A DNA stretch of 64,000 bases from Candidatus Methanoxibalbensis ujae (GCA_026134085.1 JAOQIN010000003.1:1-64000), one strand, 5' to 3'; shown: positions 44,722 through 53,918, counted from the first letter of the stretch. The notes: generated by a model not told the origin, from the sequence alone. Numbers and translations: made by a program.

Positions 44722-44835
44722 GGCGGCGGAATTAGACATAACGTCCCCGGTGTATCTGAGTATCTGAAGTCCGCCGAAGGTGGATTTGGGCAGGTGCTGT
44801 AAGGCACGAAGCCAGATACGCTCTGTTAGCGGAAC
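44722..44835. repeat. attC-like site S13
   Basis: GGCGGCGGAATTAGACATAAC (44740), GAAGTCCGCCGAAGGTGGATTTGG, CTGTTAGCG (44825). Confidence 0.85.
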
Positions 44836-44843
44836 TTTTATTT

Positions 44844-45455
44844 TTAAATAAATAAAAAAAGAGTCATTATATTAGCCGACGAGTGTGTTATCCAGCTCGG
44901 AATGATACTGCCATTTCCCACCTTTTCATTTATGTATCCCATTAAATAGCCAATTGTCCCTGTAAGCAATACTATCGCTGTTATTCCAACAATATTTCTA
45001 ATTATCTCCCAGAATAAAACCCCATGCATTAAGCCAAATAATATACTTTGTAAAAGATTTCCATAATTAAATCCCAATAAATTGATGAACCTTTTTCCAA
45101 GAAAACCCCTGAACAAAATTTCTTCCGACATTGCTGTTGCCACCATTGATTTGATTAAAACAATCAGTATCGCATCCACACAAAATCCCATTTGTTTTAC
45201 AGCTCCACCGACTAAACCTTCAGCCCTAAGAGAATCAAGTAATCCAAGTTTCCAATACACCAGCCAAGAACCACCAAAATACAACAGTGCTACAACTATT
45301 GAGATCGGAATAGATTTTCTCTCAGGTTTAATTAGTCCAATATACCTCAAAAAGCCAGTTATCTTCTTATTTTTCACTAGATAAAAAATCAAAGGTATTG
45401 CTGAAAAAATCGCAACTTGGATTAAAGCCGAAATTAAAGTTATTAAAACAATCAT
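44844..45455 (-). CDS. CPBP family intramembrane metalloprotease
   Basis: SEEILFRG, FGLMH and WITHSSAN motifs. Confidence 0.88.
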   Translation of the reverse strand: MIVLITLISALIQVAIFSAIPLIFYLVKNKKITGFLRYIGLIKPERKSIPISIVVALLYFGGSWLVYWKLGLLDSLRAEGLVGGAVKQMGFCVDAILIVLIKSMVATAMSEEILFRGFLGKRFINLLGFNYGNLLQSILFGLMHGVLFWEIIRNIVGITAIVLLTGTIGYLMGYINEKVGNGSIIPSWITHSSANIMTLFLFI

Positions 45456-45504
45456 TTTTATTACCTCCTTTATTACCTCCTTATTTTATATTTACAATCC
45501 GAGG

Positions 45505-45600
45505 ATGTCTCCAGCATATACGACGTTGCGACGAAGTGTCCTGAAGGGCAAGGCGTAGCCGTGGCGTATATGCTGTGTTATCTGATGTGCCGTTCTCTGT
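45505..45600. repeat. attC-like site S14 (AAC lost)
   Basis: AGCATATACG..CGTATATGCT stem, GTTATCTG at 45577; paralogous to S7. Confidence 0.7.
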
Positions 45601-45628
45601 GTCGCCAAAAACCGAATCGTAAACCTCA

Positions 45629-46414
45629 TCAAGATATACCTCCAATCCGATTTGCTTTTTTGGAGATGACTCGCCCTGCTCGCTTAAAGAACACGCTCAA
45701 CAATGCTCCTGAAACGATCAGCGCAATCCAATCGATCACGATGACAGCAACCTCATATCTGTATTCGAGGTCGCTTCCGTAGAGCAGAGCGAGGACGATG
45801 AGCGATCCGACTGCCAGGACAGAACTTGCGCCGAATACAAGCCGTATTATCCACTCAAGCCTCTCACGCCGGCCGAACGCGAGAGCGACAAACAGGAAGG
45901 ACACGCCCATCATCAGGTGGCCGACTTCCTCCAGTGCAATAAAAACCCCGTGCGGATTGTATTGCGAGAGGAGCGAGAGCCCCTCAACCTCGCCCTTCAG
46001 GAGACTGGGCTGCATAACCGCAAGTTGAATGAAGTAGTTTGTGGCGAGCACAGCCGCAGAGATCACGGCAAAGGACAATGCGACTTGGCTGAATACCCGC
46101 CTGTCGGCAGAGGCAGAGGCGTAGTGGTGGATGCAAACAACGAGCACAACAAATAGCAGTGACATCAGGAATGCTGGATACATCCAGAGGTAGTCATTTG
46201 GAACGAATACGGCGGCATCGGTATAGGGATATGTAATACACGAATCCAACATACAGAACGGCCCGGACCGTGGAGGGGCGGTTGTGACGGCGATAACCAG
46301 AGCCACCGCTGCAGCTACTGCTGTTGAGATTGAGGTCCAGAATCCAAGCACACTCTGTCTGGCGGAGTTTGTAGTTTCGGCATCAGTAACCTGATTTGAT
46401 CTTAATTGAGACAT
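45629..46414 (-). CDS. Multi-pass membrane protein of unknown function
   Basis: 261-aa hydrophobic ORF with GGAGG RBS; higher GC than its neighbours. Confidence 0.75.
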   Translation of the reverse strand: MSQLRSNQVTDAETTNSARQSVLGFWTSISTAVAAAVALVIAVTTAPPRSGPFCMLDSCITYPYTDAAVFVPNDYLWMYPAFLMSLLFVVLVVCIHHYASASADRRVFSQVALSFAVISAAVLATNYFIQLAVMQPSLLKGEVEGLSLLSQYNPHGVFIALEEVGHLMMGVSFLFVALAFGRRERLEWIIRLVFGASSVLAVGSLIVLALLYGSDLEYRYEVAVIVIDWIALIVSGALLSVFFKRAGRVISKKANRIGGIS

Positions 46415-46519
46415 TTAATTTTCCTCCTTCGCTGGCTCCACATTCGCTTTGACGTTCGCTTTGTTTGCTCACGGATCTTATTTCTTTTTCGTTTCTACTT
46501 ATCATTTTTGTCTTTCTCG

Positions 46520-46645
46520 GGCAAAGCATTCAGCGTCCTGAGGATATGCTTGAGGCAAATTTGGGCTCTGTAGCCATTCCTGTCAGCAGAGGCCATTCCT
46601 GTCAGCAGAATGGCGAGGCACGAAGTAAGAGTTCAGACGCCGCCG
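46520..46645. repeat. Degenerate attC-like site S15 (proximal boundary)
   Basis: AGC in place of AAC, AAATTTGGG, duplicated GCCATTCCTGTCAGCAGA (GTC for GTT), arm GAGTTC..CGCCGCC. Confidence 0.55.
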
Positions 46646-46739
46646 AATTTCTGTATCATTTCACTTTTTTACACTTTTTTATAATCAGACCTATCAGGCC
46701 TTCATGCTGCCTTAACGAATTTTTCTTTTGCGTCATTGC

Positions 46740-47450
46740 ATGCATACACGGAGACAGCTCCAGGCTCATCGTCCCAAAGGTGTGGCTTTCTCAATTCTCA
46801 AGTTGTCGTAGCTCTCAAAGATGTAACGATGTTCATCAGCCTGTCTCCTGTTAGGAGATTCAGAAGTCGTTGGTAAGTGCCTCTCTCTGACACCTTATTT
46901 TTCATAGTAAACCACTCCCGGCTTGAACATCCAACGAGAACCACCATCTCTGACACGGAGAGCGTTAAAGATGGCAAGGCTTTTTCTATTGCCGCAACCT
47001 ATCAAATCAACCCTTTTTCCACTTCCTTTCCTCTCTCTTCGTTCCTTTTATTTTTTCATAAACGTGAGAGTTCAGACCTGATTCTTGCTCCGTTTGCCCA
47101 GTCTGTCAGAATTTCAAGTTGAAGCAGATGACAATGCGGTGTAACCAGCTGAGAAATGCTCAGTAGCATCCCCCTTTTCAGTTCCTGTCATCATCAATAT
47201 AACAGGAAGCGGATCCTGCCAGACGCTTCTTCTGGCACATAAGCCGAAGCGGGGCCCATGTCTCTGCGGGTGAGCCTGAGGCTCTTGCAAAGGCTTTCCC
47301 AAATTCTTCTAAATCCAATTAGCTTGGCATACTTCTCATCGTATCCGAGAGCTCGCATCTGAGAGCTAAATCATGAGCATTCTGGGCCTGTGTGAGGCAT
47401 CAGATATAGGCATCAGGTATGATCTTCCTCCTTAACCACCATTGTTTCCC
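46740..47450 (-). pseudogene. Possible highly decayed transposase remnant
   Basis: Only short fragments (GYDEKYAKLIGF; HRYIFESYDNL..G) with many stops; family not assignable. Confidence 0.25.
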
Positions 47451-47947
47451 TGCAGGACTTGTTTCTGTTTCCCATTCGCAAAGAGCAGCACGGTGAATTC
47501 CTGGCAGGTGTGGGAGACCAAGTGAGACCGGAGGTGAAGGTATCATTTCCCTGTTTTATTGTCTTAAATGGCTACTGTGAAATGTTTGGCGAGAAGCAAA
47601 GATAGCTTCGGCACTTCGCCAAAATCTGCGGGGCTTCAGATGCGCTCGGAAAGATGCTTACGTGCTCCCCAAAACCAGACAAGCCAGACACAACAATGTC
47701 TGAGGAGCCAGCATAGTCAGCATATGCATCGTCAAATGATGTGCTCTCACCCATCCCTGTGCTCACATCTCATCATTTATATTTCATCAATATTTCATCA
47801 CAAACGCCTATATGTCATTATCATCTCCCTCTTTTATTGTTTGTTTTTATTTCTCAAATTTAATGCAGGCAACGAGTTCGCAGCGGGTGTGTGCAGGGAA
47901 AACTTCTTTAAGTGATCAATGAAGAGTGTAGAGAGGAGGTGTGGGAA

Positions 47948-48601
47948 ATGGATATAAAATGGCATGGACATGCGTGTTTTGAGATATCTGCTGCTGGCAT
48001 GAAAGTTGTGACGGATCCTTATGACAGCAGCATAGGATATGAGATGCCTGCGATCGCGGCGGACATAGTGACAGTGAGTCATGACCATTATGATCACAAC
48101 AATGTGAGTGCGCTTGCAGGTGAGCCTGCAGTCGTGCGAGGAGCGGGAGAGCATGTTGTGAAAGGCATTCGGTTCGTTGGCATTGAGACATTTCATGACA
48201 CAAGAATGGGGGCGGAAAGAGGCATAAACACTGTTTTCGTGTGGGAGATGGAGGGCATACGCCTGTGTCATCTCGGTGACCTAGGGCATGTGCTTGATGA
48301 TGAACAGGTTGCTGCCATAAGGGGGGAAGGTGACATTGATGTGCTCTTTGTCCCTGTGGGCGGCGTGTTCACTGTTGATGCGGAGGATGCGAGCAAGGTT
48401 GTTGAGCAGATATCTCCGAGGATTGCGATTCCCATGCACTACAAGACGAAAGGGCTGAAGCTGAACATCGCGGACGAGCGCGAATTTCTGCGCGGGAAAG
48501 AGGACAGAGTGCGCCGGGAGGAAGTTCTGACAATCACAAGGGACACTGTTCCGACTGCTGCCGAAGCGGAAATCGTGGTATTGGAGAGATGGAAGCGCTG
48601 A
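47948..48601 (+). CDS. MBL-fold metallo-hydrolase
   Basis: WHGHACF, TDPY, SHDHYDH, HLGDLG and PMHY motifs. Confidence 0.9.
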   Translation: MDIKWHGHACFEISAAGMKVVTDPYDSSIGYEMPAIAADIVTVSHDHYDHNNVSALAGEPAVVRGAGEHVVKGIRFVGIETFHDTRMGAERGINTVFVWEMEGIRLCHLGDLGHVLDDEQVAAIRGEGDIDVLFVPVGGVFTVDAEDASKVVEQISPRIAIPMHYKTKGLKLNIADEREFLRGKEDRVRREEVLTITRDTVPTAAEAEIVVLERWKR

Positions 48602-48744
48602 ACCAAGTGGCTCACACTCTGTTTGCTGTGGGCGGAATTCTCCTTCCTGCACTCCCACTGTGGTGGGTGCTTATGAGTAATGATCATTATGAGTAATGAT
48701 CATTGAGAGATACACAGAGTGGAAGAGAAGGAGGATTTGCGACC

Positions 48745-49065
48745 ATGATTGTTGTTAACACAGATTTTGTGCCCGGGAAGGAAATATCAGAAGTGCTTGG
48801 TATCGTGAAAGGAAATGTCATCTGGGCAAAACATGTCGGAAAGGACATCCTCGCAGGTTTCAGACAGCTTGTGGGCGGTGAGATAAAAGAATACACTGAG
48901 ATGATGACAGAAGCACGGGAGGTTGCACTGAAACGCATGACGGAAAAAGCGGAAGAACTCGGCGCTGACGCTGTTATAAATGTGAGATTCATCACATCAA
49001 TGGTGATGCAGGGAGCCGCTGAAATACTCGCTTACGGAACAGCGGTGAGATTAAAAGAGAAATGA
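48745..49065 (+). CDS. YbjQ/UPF0145 family protein
   Basis: VGGEIKEY, GADAVINVRF and AYGTAV motifs. Confidence 0.92.
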   Translation: MIVVNTDFVPGKEISEVLGIVKGNVIWAKHVGKDILAGFRQLVGGEIKEYTEMMTEAREVALKRMTEKAEELGADAVINVRFITSMVMQGAAEILAYGTAVRLKEK

Positions 49066-49215
49066 TAAAGGAGAAATGACTGACGGGCGCTCGCATGTGC
49101 CAGATTTGAGCAATGTGCCAGATTTGAGCATTTTCAGATCTCAACTTCTCTGATGAGGCAACGTCTGATAAAAAAGGTCTGATAAAAAAGGCAACGAGTT
49201 TTGTAAATAGAAGAA

Positions 49216-50124
49216 ATGCTGATAGGCGCGCCTGTATGGCTTGGAAATCGCCCTTTCAGGCAGACGCTCTCATCACTGAGGCATGCAGGCTGCGATTATC
49301 TGGAGTTCTCACTTGACTTCCCTCTTCCCGAATGCATGCGCACATCCGATGATTTCAGGCAGATGCTTGATGAATTCGGCCTGAAAATTGCTTTTCACTC
49401 GCCTTTGGATGTGCAGACAGTGCATCCACGCAGCGAGATATTTGAGGCAGGCATGAAAATACTGAAGAGATGCTTTGAGTTCTGCTCCCGATTTCCTTCA
49501 ACATTGTACTACAATCTCCATCTACATCCAAGAATAACTACAATGAAACTGAAGGATATAAGGGAGAAGATTAAGAAAATATGCACGAAACAATGTGAGG
49601 AAATTGCAAGAATTGGTGAGGAATTTGGGTTGACGCTGACTGTTGAGAATGATTTCATGCCTTTTGAGATGTCAGAGCTCATATTTGAAGCCGTTTCAGA
49701 GACTGGAATGTGGTTCACACTTGACATCGGTCATGCGATCATATCTGATATGCATTTCCGCAAGCAGAATGCGAGCAGCGGTGGGGGGGTCCGGCGAGGA
49801 CATGAGGAGAAAAATGGAAGAGATGCGAATGTGTTCAGAGCCTCGGAAATCAGAGCATCGGAGATAATCAGTCGCTGGATGGAGAGGTGTGCCGACAGGG
49901 TGCTTGTTGTGCATATTCACGATTGTGCACTTCGTGGCTGTGAGAAGACTGACCACATATCCCTCGGCCGTGGTGATCTTGACATTGAAGAGGTGTTGAA
50001 CACTGTCAGGCGTGCAGATTTCAAATATATGCTTGTTGAGGCTTTCTGGCGAAACAGGCAGAAGGAGGAAATGACATACGATGAGATGCGCCGGAACATT
50101 GAAATATGCAGATCAATATTATAA
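49216..50124 (+). CDS. Sugar phosphate isomerase/epimerase (AP endonuclease 2 TIM-barrel) family protein
   Basis: FHSP, VEN, LDIGH, HIHD and DH..LG.G motifs. Confidence 0.8.
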   Translation: MLIGAPVWLGNRPFRQTLSSLRHAGCDYLEFSLDFPLPECMRTSDDFRQMLDEFGLKIAFHSPLDVQTVHPRSEIFEAGMKILKRCFEFCSRFPSTLYYNLHLHPRITTMKLKDIREKIKKICTKQCEEIARIGEEFGLTLTVENDFMPFEMSELIFEAVSETGMWFTLDIGHAIISDMHFRKQNASSGGGVRRGHEEKNGRDANVFRASEIRASEIISRWMERCADRVLVVHIHDCALRGCEKTDHISLGRGDLDIEEVLNTVRRADFKYMLVEAFWRNRQKEEMTYDEMRRNIEICRSIL

Positions 50125-50129
50125 TAAAA

Positions 50130-51554
50130 TTATTTAAATTTTTTCAGAATTTTCCCTATGGGTGTGCCACTGCGGGTCATGAATCCCCCTCTCCCCCTCT
50201 CAGCTGCGCTCAGCCCTTTAAGCATGCGCTGCATCATGCGATGATATTTTAGGAGTTCGCTCACCTCAGCGGTTGTGGTCCCTGAGCCACGGGCAATTCT
50301 CCTTATGCGAGATGCGTTTATTATGCGCGGATCATTTAGCTCTTCATCTGTCATTGAATCCATCATTGCCTTGAATCTCCTGAGTTTTTCCTCAGTTATT
50401 TGAGATATTTCATCATTTAAATCTATGTTCAGAGTGCCAAATGGCATCATTTGAAGCAGTTTCTTCAGAGGTCCCATTTTTCTGAGCGCTTCAAGCTGCT
50501 TATACATGTCTCTCAATGTGAATTTTCCTCTCAGTATTTTCTCACCGAGCTCATCAACCGTTTCTTCATCTGTCTGCTGTTTGACGCTCTCCTCAGCGAT
50601 TTCCATAAGCGTCTGTATGTCTCCGAAGCCGAGCAATCGTGATATGAATCTTTCGGGGATGAAGCGCTCAATATCGTCTATCTTCTCGCCTGTTCCTATG
50701 AACGCGATTCCAGCGTTTGTCTCCGAAACTGCTGAAAGAGCTCCGCCGCCTTTTGCAGTGCCGTCCATTTTTGTGAGTATGATGCCTGTTATGCCGACTG
50801 CCTCGTCAAACGCCTTAGCCTGCTCTGATGCGAGTTGACCTATCGCCGCATCTATGACGAGAAGGCGCTGCTCTGGATTCACAGCATCGTTAAGCGCACG
50901 CAGCTCCTCTATCATATCAGATTCAAGCGCATGTCTTCCTGCTGTGTCTATTATTTTGACATCATACTTCTCAAACAGCTTGAGACCTTCAAGTGCAACA
51001 TCAACAGCATCTATGCCACTCATAAGACCCTCTTCCATTCGCACGGCACCGTCGCCGCTGAAATCACATCCGGATGTTGAGATGCCGCCATCATAGAAAG
51101 GAACACCCATGGATGAGCAGAGCTGCTTCAACTGCTCTGAAGCTGCAGGTCTGTGGACATCAGCACATATTACAGCGGGCTTCAGCCCTTTTTTCTGGAA
51201 GAACCTTGCGAGCTTCGCACATGAAAGCGTCTTTCCAGAGCCGTTCAGGCCGAAGACGAGTATTTTCTGCGGAGAGAGTGGAACTTCAACACCCCTTCCA
51301 AGAATCCTCAAAAGCTCTTCATACACAACGCGTATGGCATACTCCCTCGGGTTCAGTGTGGCCCCTTCCTCACGCAGCACACGCTCCCTGACACGATTTG
51401 ACATTCTCTTCACGAGGGATATCTTCACATCCGCCTGAATGAGCGCACGCTGAATGTCCCTGACAACTTCATCAATCACTCTCCTGTCTATGCGATTCGC
51501 TCGTATGAGCTTCTGCACAGCTCCCCGTAATGTCCTGCTCAAACCTTCATGCAT
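50130..51554 (-). CDS. srp54: Signal recognition particle protein SRP54
   Basis: [25 protein letters not shown] and [11 protein letters not shown] motifs. Confidence 0.95.
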   Translation of the reverse strand: MHEGLSRTLRGAVQKLIRANRIDRRVIDEVVRDIQRALIQADVKISLVKRMSNRVRERVLREEGATLNPREYAIRVVYEELLRILGRGVEVPLSPQKILVFGLNGSGKTLSCAKLARFFQKKGLKPAVICADVHRPAASEQLKQLCSSMGVPFYDGGISTSGCDFSGDGAVRMEEGLMSGIDAVDVALEGLKLFEKYDVKIIDTAGRHALESDMIEELRALNDAVNPEQRLLVIDAAIGQLASEQAKAFDEAVGITGIILTKMDGTAKGGGALSAVSETNAGIAFIGTGEKIDDIERFIPERFISRLLGFGDIQTLMEIAEESVKQQTDEETVDELGEKILRGKFTLRDMYKQLEALRKMGPLKKLLQMMPFGTLNIDLNDEISQITEEKLRRFKAMMDSMTDEELNDPRIINASRIRRIARGSGTTTAEVSELLKYHRMMQRMLKGLSAAERGRGGFMTRSGTPIGKILKKFK

Positions 51555-51828
51555 CTTTTCTCATATCGTCCTCATATTATTTCGCTGTTTCTTTTCGCCT
51601 TTCGCTGTTACTTTTAGCCTTGCAGTGAGATGTGGGAAATGTCGGTTTTTGCCGACACCACTGGTAAGAAGGGAAATCTGTCCGGAGGAATAATTGAAAT
51701 TGAGTATGAAAGGGCATCGTATATCTTGCGGAGATGTGAATCATTCCACGGTCTATGGACGACCTCGTGTATGGCGTGTATGGTGATGGGATCTGCTGCG
51801 GGATCATTCCAGCTGCTGAAGTGGGGAA

Positions 51829-52335
51829 ATGGCGCGTGTTATTGGCATAGACCCGGGGATTGCTGAAACAGGTTGGGGAATCGTGGAACTGGGAGACGAT
51901 GGATTTCGCTGTGTTGCACATGGGTGCATCCGGACAAGGCAGGATCAGCCAAAGGAGATGAGATTGAAAACAATATATGACTCACTGCTGAAAATAATAA
52001 GCCAATATGAGCCCGATATAATGGCGATTGAAAAGATATTTTTCAATGCAAATGTGAAAACAGCTATGAGCGTTGGTCAATCACGGGGTGTTTGTATGTT
52101 AGCCGCTGCAGTTTCCGGGTTGAAAACATACGAATATAATTCATCTGCTGTAAAAAACATAATAACCGGACGGGGAAGAGCATCAAAGAAGGAGGTTGCT
52201 CGCTGTGTATGCGAGATTTTGCATATGGACAAAATTCCCAGACCATACGATGTGACAGATGCTCTCGCAATAGCGCTCGCCCACCTATTGAAGCAACAGC
52301 AGAGGTCAAGCGATGCATCTGCTTCCGGACCATGA
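51829..52335 (+). CDS. ruvC: Crossover junction endodeoxyribonuclease RuvC
   Basis: GIDPG..TGWG, AIEKIFF, GQSRG, G.GRA.K and DVTDALAIA motifs. Confidence 0.92.
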   Translation: MARVIGIDPGIAETGWGIVELGDDGFRCVAHGCIRTRQDQPKEMRLKTIYDSLLKIISQYEPDIMAIEKIFFNANVKTAMSVGQSRGVCMLAAAVSGLKTYEYNSSAVKNIITGRGRASKKEVARCVCEILHMDKIPRPYDVTDALAIALAHLLKQQQRSSDASASGP

Positions 52336-52695
52336 CTATAAATTCAAAAGCAGCGTGAATGATATGAACCAGCCGAAAAGAGTCATAAAGGAGAGATAAA
52401 GGAAATCTTTCGCATCTTTGAGCATGTTGTAGCGAGGATATATGAACCTCTGTATCAGTATGAATATCATAGCAATAAGTAATCCATCGCCCTCTGCAGG
52501 ATTTGTCAGCGTAAAGGACAGGATGCCTGCGATGATGCCGAAAATTGTTGGGAAAATCACTTTCTTCACACCCAATATGTATTCTTCATTGCCTCGCAAA
52601 GATGCAAATGCATGACGCTCTGCGTTCTTCGTGCTGTCGGTGCTCCTGCTTTCAGTTCTCTTTCTTTCAGTTTCGGTCATATCATCAGATATCAT
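52336..52695 (-). CDS. Small archaeal membrane protein (EMC6-like)
   Basis: Three TM segments; KDFLYLSFMT..WFISFTLLLN C-terminus. Confidence 0.7.
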   Translation of the reverse strand: MISDDMTETERKRTESRSTDSTKNAERHAFASLRGNEEYILGVKKVIFPTIFGIIAGILSFTLTNPAEGDGLLIAMIFILIQRFIYPRYNMLKDAKDFLYLSFMTLFGWFISFTLLLNL

Positions 52696-52711
52696 TATCA
52701 GTCACCTTCAG

Positions 52712-53641
52712 TCACCGGTGTGATATCATGCGCTCTATTGCCCTTCTCGCATCTGCTGCGACATCCTCAGGAACTCTCACAACTGGTTTTTCTCTCTCCA
52801 ATGCCGCCTCTATTTTGGGAAGTGAATGCATTTTCATCTGCGGGCACACAGCATTCTCTGATATCGGATAAAACTTTTTTGATGGGTTCTGCTTTTTCAG
52901 TCTGTATATCAGGCCTATTTCCGTGCCTATCACGAATTCACTCGCTGAGGATTTGCTGCAATACCTGAGCATGCCGCTTGTTGAGGCGATGAAATCAGCA
53001 TTCTCCTGAACCTCAGGAACGCATTCAGGATGCACAACAACCTCTGCATATGGATGAGATGCGCGAGCGGCGATGAGGTCTTCAAGTGATATCTGGTGAT
53101 GTGTCGGGCATATTCCATATTCTGGAACTGTTATGATCCTCTTATCGCTTCGCTTCCTCACAAAATATGAGAGATTCTTATCGGGACCAAATATGATATT
53201 TTGTGAGGACATGGCATTCACGATTTCAGGAGCGTTCGCGGATGTGCATATGCAGTCCGCAAGCGCCTTTGCGTGTGCGCTCGTGTTTACATACAGCACG
53301 ACCTCAGCATCTGGATGCGCTCTCCTTGCCTCTCTTATCATCTCCGCATTTAACATCTGCGCCATCGGGCATATCGCTCCGACATCTGGAAGCAGCACTT
53401 TCCTGTCGGGATTCAGAACATAGGCTGTCTCCGCCATGAAATCAACACCGCAGAAAACAATGATGTCCGCATCAGTATTCTGAGCGGCTATCGCAAGCTC
53501 AAGCGAATCACCGACGACATCCGCAATCTCCTGAACCTCGGGTCTCTGATAGTTGTGTGCAAGAATGAGAGCTCTCTTCCTTCGCTTCAGCCGTTCTATG
53601 CGCTCCTTCAGATCCATCAACCTCAACTGAAAATCTTCCAT
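52712..53641 (-). CDS. nadA: Quinolinate synthase
   Basis: AHNYQ, GDSL, FCGVDFMAE, CPMA, YVNT, HPEC and CPQMK motifs. Confidence 0.95.
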   Translation of the reverse strand: MEDFQLRLMDLKERIERLKRRKRALILAHNYQRPEVQEIADVVGDSLELAIAAQNTDADIIVFCGVDFMAETAYVLNPDRKVLLPDVGAICPMAQMLNAEMIREARRAHPDAEVVLYVNTSAHAKALADCICTSANAPEIVNAMSSQNIIFGPDKNLSYFVRKRSDKRIITVPEYGICPTHHQISLEDLIAARASHPYAEVVVHPECVPEVQENADFIASTSGMLRYCSKSSASEFVIGTEIGLIYRLKKQNPSKKFYPISENAVCPQMKMHSLPKIEAALEREKPVVRVPEDVAADARRAIERMISHR

Positions 53642-53918
53642 CCTCGTCACCTGCGTCCAATGTACATCTTTCCTAATTTCTATCCCCCATCCTAAAAGGT
53701 TCACGCCCCGTTTTCCATTTCTTCTCCATCTCCCGACCCATTCACATTTGGCAGCTGGAACATCGAACATCAGACTCACGCAGGAGGGCTCTGCATGTCT
53801 CTCTGTTGAGACGGAGGAAGTATAAAACTGAAACTGAAACAGTTCTGAAACAGAAACAGAGAGAGTGAATCAAGAGATGAAACAGAAAATATAGAGCAAA
53901 GGTACAGAGCAGCTGAGA

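Larger units (their letters stand above)
23684..46645 (-). mobile_element. Integron-like gene-cassette array (no integrase in window; CALIN-like), AT-rich island
   Basis: About 16 intact or eroded AAC...GTT palindromic sites separating co-oriented minus-strand accessory genes; cassette-specific end complementarity. Confidence 0.82.

Noticed and set aside
23840..46414. Clean age gradient of decay along the array
   Set aside because: Pseudogenes are densest distally (23.8-29.8 kb) but also occur proximally (39.2, 42.1, 43.5 and 44.0 kb), so there is no monotonic gradient.
23684..46645. CRISPR array interpretation of the recurring intergenic repeats
   Set aside because: The repeats are long, divergent and separated by whole genes, not by 30-40 nt spacers; no cas genes are present.
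23684..46645. Prophage/provirus or tRNA-integrated element
   Set aside because: No capsid, terminase, replication or integrase genes; no flanking tRNA or direct repeat seen.
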